From Macrostomum lignano (lineage: Eukaryota), in assembly GCA_002269645.1 (NCBI GenBank), contig NIVC01003687.1:1-64000 (forward strand): a stretch of DNA of 64,000 nt, in the 5' to 3' direction. The notes beneath the pieces are model-generated. The model saw only the letters and a list, made by a program, of their open reading frames with translations. It did no database searches and was not told the origin of the DNA. Positions 26,201 to 37,000 of the stretch are shown piece after piece. Positions within the stretch are counted from its first letter, which is position 1; every line of letters begins with the position of its first letter. Position numbers and translations under genes: made by a program.

Positions 26201-27612
26201 CACGCTGGCGCGCCGATTTGAATTCGAACTTGAAGCATTCGAAGTCGGCGTCTTCAAATTCGGTGGCTTTGAAGCTGCCGCTGTTGCTGCTTGCCTAGCA
26301 ACCGCTGCCGGTCTGGCCCCGCCGACAGACGAGGGAGGCGGAAGGCCGCTGGACCGCCTTGCTGCCGGCGACGGTGACGAAGTGACAGTCGGGGACGCCA
26401 CAGCTGCCGCCGACGTTTTGGTCGATTTTGGCGTCACCGGCGTCACCGTCTGCGGCTTTCGCAGTCCCGTAGGGGTTTTTAGCGAGGTTGCTGGCGCTGG
26501 CGCAGGTGCTGGCGCTGGCGCGGGCGCTGGCGCGGGCGCTGGCGCGGGCGCTGGCGCGGGCGCTGGCGCGGGCGCTGACGCGGGTGCTGGCGCAGGTGCT
26601 GGGGTGGATTCAAAGCTGTCAGCTGTGGTGCGAGTGGTCCTGTCATCCGATTCTGTAGGGCAGTAGCCTGAAGATTGAGAATGGTAAAATATGAGAAAAT
26701 AGCGCCTTAAAAATCTGCAGGGTGTTCTGCAGGATGTCTGCATGTGTCTCAGGGTGTCTCAGGGTGTCTCAGAGTCTGCAGGGTGTCTGCACGGTGTCTG
26801 CAGGTTGTCTCAGAGTCTGCTGAGTGTCTGCAGGGTGTCTGCAGGGTGTCTCAGAGTTTGCAGGGTGTCTTAAAGTCTGCAGGGTGTCTGCAGGGTGTCT
26901 TAGAGTGTGCAGGGTGTCTTAAAGTCTGCATGGTGTTTGTGTCTGCAGAGTGTCTCAGTATCTGCAGTATGTCTCAGAGTCTGCAGGGTGTCTACAGGGT
27001 GGTCTGTGGGGTGTCTCAAAGCCTGCAGGCCCCCAGCGCACCCGTATCGGCGCTGTCGGCGGCTCCCTCCATTTCGGCCACCGCGGCAGCCACCGCGGCC
27101 GCCTCAGCGACAATGATGTCGTGAAAGTCGGCGTCGCTGGGCGGCTCCGGCGGCTCGAGGCTGAAGGTGTTGCGCCGCTGCCGTTGGCGAGGCGTGGTCG
27201 CTGCAGCGTCGCCGTCCTCGTCGCTGCAGTTGGCGTCAGCAGCGGTGGCGTCGGCGGCCGCGGGCTGCGGCGGATTCTCCGCGGGTACCGCCTTCTGCGC
27301 CGAGACTGTCGGCAGCTTTGACGAAGCCGACGAAGGCGCCAGGACTCGAACTCCGGACGGTGCCGACGGCAGGGTGAGGCGCGACTTCTTGCCGGGGTAG
27401 CCGACGGACAGCTCTGTCCCGGAGTTTGGCGAGCAGCTGGACTCTGACTGGCCGCTGCGACCGGCGGCGGGGTCGGGCGGGCTGGCCGGCACGAACACCT
27501 TGTTGGGGTGCTGCATGCGCAAGGGGGACACCAACCCGCTGCCGCTGCCGTTGCTGCTGCCGGAGACGGTGGAGACGCTGCCTGGCTGAGGCAGTCGAGA
27601 AGTGCGACAGTC
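14203..27612 (-). CDS. MTUS1/MTUS2 (ATIP/CCDC69-family)-like microtubule-associated coiled-coil protein, at least 12 exons, about 1050 aa
   Basis: Exons 27612-27042, 26667-25975, 25428-25289, 24331-24086, 23549-23154, [22442-22337 or 22164-22059], 19195-19122, 18842-18765, 18272-18108, 15872-15664, 14809-14672, 14548-14203 are all phase-consistent. [23 protein letters not shown] and [23 protein letters not shown] match recalled MTUS1 motifs (FEALxVVI, [37 protein letters not shown]). The N-terminus is S/P/A-rich with SxLP motifs. No in-frame ATG at the 5' exon boundary. Confidence 0.8.
14925..15660. repeat. C-rich intronic arrays (CCCCACCCTCTCCCAGACCTT; CCCCATCCTACCCTCCCTT)
   Basis: Two adjacent 19-21-bp arrays in an MTUS-like intron. 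Confidence 0.9.
15905..18005. repeat. 21-bp intronic minisatellite
   Basis: Unit GGTCAGGTTGGGAATCAGTTT, about 100 copies. Confidence 0.96.
18360..18750. repeat. G-rich about 14-bp intronic array
   Basis: Unit GGGGATGGGGAAGT. Confidence 0.9.
18855..19070. repeat. 11-bp intronic array
   Basis: Unit AGATTAGTGAC. Confidence 0.9.
19205..21940 (+). repeat. 10/12-bp GA-rich array (GAGGGAGACAGA)n
   Basis: Intronic, about 2.7 kb; reverse complement of the 22530-23125 array. Confidence 0.96.
22530..23125 (-). repeat. 10/12-bp CT-rich array (TCTGTCTCCCTC)n
   Basis: Intronic, about 0.6 kb; inverted copy of the 19205-21940 unit, including its variants. Confidence 0.96.
23620..24030. repeat. 21-bp intronic minisatellite
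   Basis: Unit CAGGTTCCACATCGGAATCCT, near perfect. Confidence 0.95.
24390..24925. repeat. 10-bp intronic array
   Basis: Unit GTGTGCAGAG. Confidence 0.95.
25511..25585 (-). tRNA. tRNA gene or tRNA-like element, anticodon TAA (Leu), short variable loop
   Basis: Minus strand GGGCCTG-TA-GTCTCAGTTGGTTAGAAAG-TTGGA-TTTAAAA-TCCAA-AGGTC-GCGGG-TTCGAGC-CCCGC-TAGGTCC-A. It has a 7-bp acceptor stem (2 G:U), a perfect T-arm with B-box and a perfect anticodon stem, and is followed by a T7 Pol III terminator. The D-stem is imperfect (1-nt insertion, one mismatch). Confidence 0.75.
26715..27020. repeat. Degenerate 10-11-bp intronic array
   Basis: GGGTGTCTGCA / GGGTGTCTCA variants. Confidence 0.8.
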
Positions 27613-27639
27613 CTGAAGTTCGTTTGCGGTTAGCGACTT

Positions 27640-27708
27640 AGACAGATAGACAGGCAGACTGACAGACAGATAGACAGGCAGACTGACAGACAGACAGACA
27701 GACAGACT

Positions 27709-27796
<88 letters not shown>

Positions 27797-27820
27797 GGCA
27801 GACAGACAGACAGACACAGG
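27640..27820. repeat. (GACA)n microsatellite just upstream of the first detected MTUS-like exon
   Basis: Directly visible. Confidence 0.93.
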
Positions 27821-30379
27821 TCATAAAGCCATAGCAACTGTAAATGTGTAAAACCGGCAAGAGCTACAGCTACGAGTACAAGCAGTTTTATTGCGCCAAG
27901 CGAGCTAAAAATAGAAGCCTGAGGCTAAGCGCAAATGAACTGAGGCGTGAGGCGGGACGAGCTCAGTTCGCACGCCGACAGTCAGAGCAGGGCAGAGAAC
28001 AATGGAACCACCTGACCCTTAGCCATGCTCTCGGCTACTCAATACACAGTCTGGAAATGTTTATGAAGCGCCATACAGCCAGCCGAGACAGCAGAGACCC
28101 CTTGAATTACATTGAGAGCAGTAAGCCGGGGCTTAGAGACTGGCATGCTCCAACAAGCTCACAACAGCCCAGTCTGACAAAGCCACCCACCCCGAGTCTT
28201 AACAGACGTTGCATTAAGCGAATAATTAAACGGACATTCTGGTTTGCAGCTCCAACAAGACTCAAGAACTCCGAGGCTCTTGGCCTCGGCCATCCACACT
28301 GGACCCACCACTAATCTAATTTAATACATTGTGGCAGCCTAGGCTGCCCTTTATTTTCAAGAATAGATTGCTAATGTCGATTGCATTAAAACTCAAAGCA
28401 GGGAATACAAAGAGTCATAGAAATTCAAATACTTCTGATTAGAGCATTAAAATAGTAAAAAAATCGGCATGAATGCATACAAATGTGAAGGGAAATGACT
28501 TGAAAAGTACACAAAAACTTTATAAAAATTAATTAACAAACTAATGCTAGTCTCTAATGAATTCTTTTGTCATACAAAAATTTAATTCTGATTCAAAATT
28601 TTTATTTGAATTCTAAAAATATTTTTTAAATTGAGATTTAGCTGTGAAAAAATGCATTTTCTAAGGTTACCATATGAATTTAAGCAATAAAATAATCAAT
28701 AAAAGAATAGGCCTATTAGATGCACCTGTACAAAAATAATTTTTGCTATGTTACAATTGATAATTTTGTTGATACCTTTCTTTTCAATTCCTAATTTTGA
28801 AAAACAAGTTGATAAAATTAAATATTTCATTAGGCATACTGTGCTCCTATTCTAATAAATAGATAGCTATAAAACCTAGTACTACTTTATATTCGAGTTA
28901 AGTTTGCTCTAGTATCGACTAGTGGCGCTTAAATATCAGTCAAAGAAAAAACAAAACATATGATTATGAATAATGAATTAGTATTTATGTTTTAAAGAGA
29001 ATACACATAGACCATGAATATGCGAATTCCTAATAATACACACTTTTAAAGAAACCACATGTATATGAGATGGATTCTGTTAAAATATAATATAAATTGA
29101 ATGAAAGTAGATATTCGAAGTTAAGGAAGTCATCTAACTTCTGCTTTCATGATTATGAAGAGAGTCGCGAGTCGCGACCAAAGAGTCTTAATGTAAAAGT
29201 AAATAACATTTATTAATTATTGAATAACTTTCTCGCAGAATTTCTTTCGCTGAGTTTACGATTTAATGCCGAAAAATCATATAAAAGAGTGTTTCAGTTT
29301 CAGATTATGCTGACGCTCTGACAATGAGGTATTTGATATATGATTATTGTATTCACAATACACTAAATCTCTAAGACATGTTTTGTCCAGTATTTTAGTC
29401 TTAGTACTATGTAATAGATTTATTATTTTTAGGTACAGTCAAGGTATCAAGATCAAATTATCGAAGGGAAGCCATACAGTGTCTTAAAAAAGCCTTTGTA
29501 ATTTATTATGGCGCACTAAAGCGTATATGAAAGCATTTTTGGGGTAATATGATTAAAGATGCGTGCAAGAACTGTTATTACTGCGCTCTACTTTGTTATA
29601 ACGGAGTTTCGTAATAATATGCAAATTGGTGAGCTCCGAGTAAAGCGCTTTGATCATACTCGTACCGACTAATAAAGGCAGACAGCAGTCTAATGCAAGT
29701 TTTTCCATTTAATTTGAGACTCTTTTGTTGGTTTGGGAAATGGAACTATAAGTTGAGTTGTTAGAGATTTTATTGCATACACATGCACTTATTTTCGTTC
29801 GTGCAATTATGTTTACGTACATGTATGTATAATTGTTACATGAAGGCCAAAAAACGCGTAGGTTCTCATTCTTATAGTATCAGACATATTACACGAGTAT
29901 ATTTTTTGTGTGTACCTAACTGATTCGACGAGATGATAAATTCAACTAGGTGTATTTCAATGTCTTGTTTTTGACGCCAGTGAAATACGATTGCAAGTCG
30001 TGCGACACAAAAAACTAAGGCAAAACTCTACTTTTATGAAATTATTCAACTCTGAAGTTTATTATGTAACAATTTGAAACTGTTAGCGGCTTCTGTGCTT
30101 ATGTATTTTTGAGTTTTCAGTTACAATCAATAACATCATAGAGGCAAAACAGCATGAAACCTTCAAGCAGGAAAACTGTCAAAGTAAAAATCGATACGAA
30201 GAGTTCCTACAAAAAACAAAGCTTTCCTGTCGAAAGTCCGCTGACCAGAGAGTTAAAGCTAAGCAGATGGCAAGCTCTAGCGAGCAAAACTGTTGCGCTC
30301 ACGCAGAAATCGGGATTGTTACTCGATTGCGATCAATCCTTGCATCTCTACTACAAGTAGGCTGAAAGCACCGGCTGCA

Positions 30380-33300
30380 CTAGCTGGAGTCCGACTGGGC
30401 CACGCCGACCGCCCGACAAAAGCCGGGCAGGTCGCGCGCCTCAACCAGCGCTTTCAGGGCCGTCACGCGGTCGCCAGTTGACGAAGTGGACGATGGTTCG
30501 AAGGCCATCCGAGCCACGGTCTGTCTGGCGAGGTTCCACACCGAGCTGTCGGACTGACGGCCAGGCTGCAGCAGCCGCAGGGCAGAAGCGTAGTTGCTGA
30601 GGGCCTGCGCGAGTTATGAAGGAAAATACGCTGTTTGTTTCGTAGAAATGTTAAAAAATAGCTCAGACTGTAGCCTTATTATTAGCTCAGACTGTAGCCT
30701 AGTTATTAGCTCAGACTGTAGCCCAATTATTAGCTCAGACTGTAGCCTAACTATTAGCTCAGACTGTAGCCTAACTATTAGCTCAGACCGTAGCCTAACT
30801 ATTAGCTCAGACTGTAGCCTAACTATTAGCTCAGACCGTAGCCTAACCATTAGCTCAGACTGTAGCCTAGTTATTACTGGTAGCTCAGACTGCAACCTAA
30901 TTATTAGCCCAGACTGTACCCTAGTTATTAGCTCAGACTGTAGCCTAGTTATTAGCTCAGACTGTAGCCTAACTATTAGCTCAGACTGTAGCCTAACTAT
31001 TAGCTCAGACCGTAGCCTAACTATTAGCTCAGACTGTAGCCTAACTATTAGCTCAGACCGTAGCCTAACCATTAGCTCAGACTGTAGCCTAACTATTAGC
31101 TCAGACTGTAGCCTAATTATTAGCTCAGACTGTAGCCTAATTATTAGCTCAGACTGTAGCCTTATTATTAGCTCAGACTGTAGCCTTAATATTAGCTCAG
31201 ACTGCAGCCTAATTATTAGCCCAGACTGCAGCCTAATTATTAGCTCAGACTGTAGCCTAATTATTAGCCCAGACTGCAGCCTAATTATTAGCTCAGACTG
31301 TAGCCCAATTATTAGCTCAGACTGTAGCCCAATTATTAGCTCAGACTGTAGCCCAATTATTAGCTCAGACTGCAGCCTAATTATTAGCTCAGACTGCAGC
31401 CCAATTATTAGCTCAGACTGCAGCCTAGTTATTAGCCCGGACCGTAGCCTAATTATTAGCCCAGACTGTAGCCTAATTATTAGCTCAGACTGCAGCCTAG
31501 TTATTAGCCCGGACTGTAGCCTAATTATTAGCCCAGACTGTAGCCTAATTATTAGCTCAGACTGCAGCCTAGTTATTAGCCCGGACTGTAGCCTAATTAT
31601 TAGCCCAGACTGTAGCCTAATTATTAGCTCAGACTGCAGCCTAATTATTAGCCAAGTCAATTATCTCAAACCTGGTCGTAGGCGCGCAGACTGTGGCAGG
31701 CGATGCCCAGATTGGCGCGGGCGCGCACAAAGCCGGGCGCCAGGCTGAGGGCGCGCCTGTAGGCCTGCACAGCCTCCTCGTGACGGCCACTGTTAGCCAG
31801 AGTGGCGCCCAGCTTATTCCAGCTTAGATAGTCATCTGGCTGCACCTGTGAGAGTGGTGAAATATCAGATTCCTATATTAACTACTACCTAACCGGCTGG
31901 GCTAGCCTATTGACTAAAAGTTAAGCTGACTGGCTGCGGTTAGTACGCGAGAGTGCATTTGCCTGACAATTAGAAAGTCAAGTGCCGCTGTAAACCCTGT
32001 GTGAGCGCGTGTATAAGTGCAGTATTGGCGCTACCAAACTACCAATTTGCTATGCCATTTGGCACGCCTCTAAGCCTCACCCAGTGCCAGTGCAAATCAT
32101 TCTCACCTGCAGCGCAGCCTTGAAGGAGTCCACAGCCCGCTGGAAGTCGCCGTGCAGGTTGTACAGCACACCCAACGCCAGCTGCAGCTCCGGGTCAGGC
32201 GAGCCGGCCGTCTGCCTCGCCGCCGCGGCCAGCAGCAGCCGCTCGCAGCGGGAGAACTCCGCGTAGGTGGCGAACCCGCCAACGGTTGGCGCGGCGGCTT
32301 CGGCGGAGTCGGCGGAGGCACCGGCCAGCAGGTCGGAGTAGGCAGGATTGGCGGCCAGCCAGGACAGCAGGGCGTGGACGGCCTCGGAGTTGCGCAGCTC
32401 GTTGGTGAAGCTGCGCGCCAACGACAGCAGGGCCGGGCGGTCCTGCGGCGACAGAGACAGGCAGCGCTGGCAGGCGGTGATGGCGTCCGGCTCGCGCTCC
32501 GCCTCGGCCAGGCTGATGCCCAGGTGGCGCCACGCCTCCGCGCTGTCCGGGGCGCGGGCGGCTGCCGCCTCAAACAGCAGGACGGCTTCGGGCACGCGGC
32601 CTTGGCGCATCGCGGCCAGCCCTGCGCCCAGCGGGTCCGCCTCCTCCGCGTGTGGGTTGTCTGCCTGGGGGGGGGGGAGGGGAGGATCTGTGAGAGTGGC
32701 TGAGGGTCTGTGAGGGTGGCTGAGGATCTGTGAGAGTGGCTGAGGATCTGTGAGGGTGGCTGAGGATCTGTGAGAGTGGCTGAGGATCTGTGAGGGTGGC
32801 TGAGGATCTGTGAGAGTGGCTGAGGATCTGTGAGGGTGGCTGAGGATCTGTGAGAGTGGCTGAGGATCTGTGAGGGTGGCTGAGGATCTGTGAGAGTGGC
32901 TGAGGATCTGTGAGGGTGGCTGAGGATCTGTGAGAGTGGCTGAGGATCTTTGAGGGTGGCTGAGAATCTGTGAGAGTGGCTGAGGATCTGTGAGAGTGGC
33001 TGAGGATCTGTGAGGGTGGCTGAGGATCTGTGAGAGTGGCTGAGGATCTGTGAGGGTGGCTGAGGATCTGTGAGAGTGGCTGAGGATCTGTGAGGGTGGC
33101 TGAGGATCTGTGAGAGTGGCTGAGGATCTGTGAGGGTGGCTGAGGATCTGAGAAGACAGTAGCCCAGCCTGAGGATCTGTGGGTGTCCTTGAGGAGCTGA
33201 GAAGACAGTAGCCCAGCCTGAGGATCTGTGGGTGTCCCTGAGGAGCTGAGAAGACAGTAGCCCAGCCTGAGGATCTGTGGGTGTCCCTGAGGAGCTGAGA

Positions 33301-36291
33301 AGATAGTAGCCCAGCCTGAGGATCTGTGGGTGTCCCTGAGGAGCTGAGAAGACAGTAGCCCAGCCTGAGGATCTGTGGGTGTCCCTGAGGAGCTGAGAAG
33401 ATAGTAGCCCAGCCTGAGGATCTGAAAAGGTGACAGTGGCCAGAGCATCTGGACAGGCTCACCTGAAAGACGTATTCACGTTTCGTCTCGCTGGCGGACG
33501 CAGTGGCAGAGGCGGCGCCGGCCGCTCCCAGGGTGTCGTCGTCCAGGTACTGGGACCAGGTGCGGGACAGGTCCTCCCAGAAGCGGTCCTTCTCGGCGTC
33601 AGTCTCCGTGTAGGTGCCGGACCGCAGCTGCTCCAGAGCGCTGGCCAGCCGCTCCTCGGGCTGGTGGTCCATGTCAGTGTCCATGTCGTCGGTCAGTTGG
33701 GCGGAGTCGGCCGGCAGCAGCAGGTGGTCCCGCTCGGCCAGAAAGTTGGCGCCCCAGCTCGGCTGTTGCACGGAGGCGGCGGCCGGCGGCGCGGCCGGCA
33801 GCAGCATCGGGGCGGAGGGCCCGCGCAGCATCATCAGGGGGAGGCCCAGCGACTGCGGCGCGGCCGCAGCTGAGGATTGGCCAGACATTCTGTTGACTTG
33901 CCAGCTTGATATTCCCTATCGCAATCTAATCTCACCCTTATCGATCTAATCTCACCCTTCCCAATCTAATCTCACCCTTCTCAATCTAATCTCACCCTTC
34001 TCAATCTAATCTCACCCTTCTCGGTCTAATCTCACCCTTCTCGGTCTAATCTCACCCTTCTCGGTCTAATCTCACCCTTCTCAATCTAATCTCACCCTTC
34101 TCGGTCTAATCTCACCCCTTCCTTAATCCAATCTCAACCCGCATTTTTAATAATATTATTAAAGGAATAATAGACCATCTATTATCTAATCTAACCATCT
34201 CGGGCAATCATATTTCATCATTCTAGCTGTCTCATATCACACCATTATTCCAACCTTATCTCAGCCTTTCTGATAATCTCACCACACCATCCCAGCCAAG
34301 CCTCACCGGTGGCCGCTGACGGCAGAGAAGGTGTGGACGCGGACACGTGAAACGCAGAGGCGGCGGAGGCAGCCGAGGATGTCGCTGCTGCTGCGGCGGC
34401 TGCCGGCACAGACGAGGCGGCAGAGAAGGCGAGCGCTTCAGCCAGCAGAGCCTGCATGTTGAACGTCTGCGGGGCCGCAGTCGCCGCCGTAGCACCCTGG
34501 TGAGGGGGGGGTTTTGAGCTTGGTGAGCTGCATGTTGCACCCAAATCCTCCGCCCTAATCCTCGGCCCTTCAATCCTCGAACCCCCAATTCTCGGCCCTC
34601 AACCCTCAGCCCCTCAACCCTCCCCCCTCTCAATCCTCAGCCCGTCAACCCTCCCCCTCCCCAATCCTCCACCCTCCCAATCCTCCACCCTCCCCAATCC
34701 TCCCCTCCCCAATCCTCCACCCTCCCCAATCCTCCCCCTCCCCAATCCTCCCCCTCCCCAATCCTCCACCCTCCCCAATCCTCCAACCTCCCCAATCCTC
34801 CACCCTCCCCAATCCTCCACCCTCCCCAATCCTCCACCCTCCCCAATCCTCCAACCTCCCCAATCCTCCACCCTTCCCAATCCTCCACCCTCCCCAATCC
34901 TCCAACCTCCCCAATCCTCCAACCTCCCCAATCCTCCACCCTCCCCAATCCTCCAACCTCCCCAATCCTCCACCCTCCCCAATCCTCCAACCTCCCCAAT
35001 CCTCCAACCTCCCCAATCCTCCACCCTCCCCAATCCTCCAACCTCCCCAATCCTCCAACCTCCCCAATCCTCCACCCTCCCCAATCCTCCAACCTCCCCA
35101 ATCCTCCACCCTCCCCAATCCTCCAACCTCCCCAATCCTCCAACCTCCCCAATCCTCCACCCTCCCCAATCCTCCAACCTCCCCAATCCTCCACCCTCCC
35201 CAATCCTCCAACCTCCCCAATCCTCCACCTCCCCAATCCTCCACCCTCCCCAATCCTCCACCCTCCCCAATCCTCCACCCTCCCCAATCCTCCACCCTCC
35301 CCAATCCTCCACCCTCCCCAATCCTCCACCCTCCCCAATCCTCCCCCCTCCCCAATCCTCCACCCTCCCCAATCCTCCACCCTCCCCAATCCTCCACCCT
35401 CCCAATCCTCCACCCTCCCCAATCCTCCACCCTCCCCAATCCTCCCCCTCCCCAATCCTCCCCCTCCCCAATCCTCCACCCTCCCCAATCCTCCAACCTC
35501 CCCAATCCTCCACCCTCCCCAATCCTCCACCCTCCCCAATCCTCCACCCTCCCCAATCCTCCAACCTCCCCAATCCTCCACCCTTCCCAATCCTCCACCC
35601 TCCCCAATCCTCCAACCTCCCCAATCCTCCAACCTCCCCAATCCTCCACCCTCCCCAATCCTCCAACCTCCCCAATCCTCCACCCTCCCCAATCCTCCAA
35701 CCTCCCCAATCCTCCAACCTCCCCAATCCTCCACCCTCCCCAATCCTCCAACCTCCCCAATCCTCCAACCTCCCCAATCCTCCACCCTCCCCAATCCTCC
35801 AACCTCCCCAATCCTCCACCCTCCCCAATCCTCCAACCTCCCCAATCCTCCAACCTCCCCAATCCTCCACCCTCCCCAATCCTCCAACCTCCCCAATCCT
35901 CCACCCTCCCCAATCCTCCAACCTCCCCAATCCTCTAACCTCCCCAATCCTCCACCCTCCCCAATCCTCCACCCTCCCCAATCCTCCACCCTCCCCAATC
36001 CTCCACCCTCCCCAATCCTCCACCCTCCCCAATCCTCCACCCTCCCCAATCCTCCCCCTCCCCAATCCTCCACCCTCCCCAATCCTCCACCCTCCCCAAT
36101 CCTCCCCCTCCCCAATCCTCCACCCTCCCCAATCCTCCGCGAACCTGCAGCTGCTGCGCCCGCACGGCCTGCTGGCCGACCTCCTGCCTGTGCGTCTGGT
36201 CGCCACGGGTCACGTGCTGGCTGAGGCTGACCAGTGCGTTCTGGCCGGAGCAGCCGGGCTCGGCCAGCCGACGGGCCAGGGACTCGGCCAT
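30380..36291 (-). CDS. PEX5: Peroxisomal targeting signal 1 receptor PEX5, 6 exons, about 566 aa
   Basis: Exons 36291-36145, 34496-34307, 33869-33463, 32664-32107, 31845-31672, 30604-30380. N-terminal [12 protein letters not shown] carries the conserved ubiquitinated Cys; [12 protein letters not shown]; WGANF (WxxxF); FWEDL; TPRs ([48 protein letters not shown]); C-terminal ARDL. Confidence 0.96.
30660..31655. repeat. 24-bp minisatellite in PEX5 intron 5
   Basis: Unit ATTATTAGCTCAGACTGTAGCCTA, about 41 copies. Confidence 0.95.
32690..33425. repeat. 20-bp array followed by a related 49-bp array in PEX5 intron 3
   Basis: GAGGATCTGTGAGAGTGGCT, then GAGGATCTGTGGGTGTCCCTGAGGAGCTGAGAAGACAGTAGCCCAGCCT. 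Confidence 0.93.
33920..34135. repeat. 20-bp array in PEX5 intron 2
   Basis: Unit TCTAATCTCACCCTTCTCAA. Confidence 0.88.
34560..36138. repeat. 17-bp C-rich (sense G-rich) array in PEX5 intron 1
   Basis: Unit CCCCAATCCTCCACCCT, about 90 copies. Confidence 0.95.
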
Positions 36292-36789
36292 GGATGATCA
36301 GAGCAGAGGGTAGCGGGTTTGGATGAATGCAAATTCTGAGTTCCTTAATTATCTGCTACTCCAGTTCCTGTGATAAGATTAACTGTCTATAATAAAAGAA
36401 AGACAGTAATTAAAAGTGTTTAAAATAACAAATGTATTTCAATCGATTGCACTGCATTAGGATCTGGGGAATGCTTCTGTATAGAAAAAATTGAGCCAAT
36501 TTGATTTAAAAAATCACAAAATGGAAGAAACCTAGCTTTAGTAAAAATGATACAATGATAGAAAACTGCTCGAATCAGATTTGAATAAAAATTGATGCCT
36601 TCCTTATTACTGTAATATTTATCAGAATAATTAAATAGGGCACCAAACAGCGCTAATAAAACAAAAAAATGAATGCTGCAAATTGTAAGCAAATCCAGAA
36701 AATCAACCCCCAGAACTCCAGGCTTTATCCAGGGTTTACCAATTTTGGATTTTTATAGGTCGTAAAATCTGTTAATTCCCTAATTAAGT

Positions 36790-37000
36790 ACAGCCAGTCC
36801 AAGAGCTTTCTAGAAGTCCCTGATTCAGCTTAACCAGTCCAAGAGCTATGTAGAAGTCCCTAATTTAGTCCAGCCAGTCCAAGAGCTATCTAGAAGTCCC
36901 TAATTCAGTCCAGCCAGTCCAAGAGCTATCTAGAAGTCCCTAATTCAGTCCAGCCAGTCCAAGAGCTATCTAGAAGTCCCTAATTCAGTCCAGCCAGTCC
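36790..37000 (-). repeat. 40-bp tandem repeat overlapping the WASHC1 stop codon
   Basis: Five units of sense GACTGGCTGGACTGAATTAGGGACTTCTAGATAGCTCTTG. Confidence 0.92.

Noticed and set aside
27844-28314. 156-aa plus-strand ORF upstream of the MTUS-like gene
   Set aside because: No recognisable domain or coding-like bias; likely chance ORF in promoter/outron sequence.
30594-31748. (LIISSDCS)n / (IIRLQSEL)n ORFs
   Set aside because: 24-bp array in PEX5 intron 5.
34614-36206. 400-530 aa Gly/Trp-rich ORFs
   Set aside because: 17-bp array in PEX5 intron 1; the true exon 1 ends at a donor at 36145.
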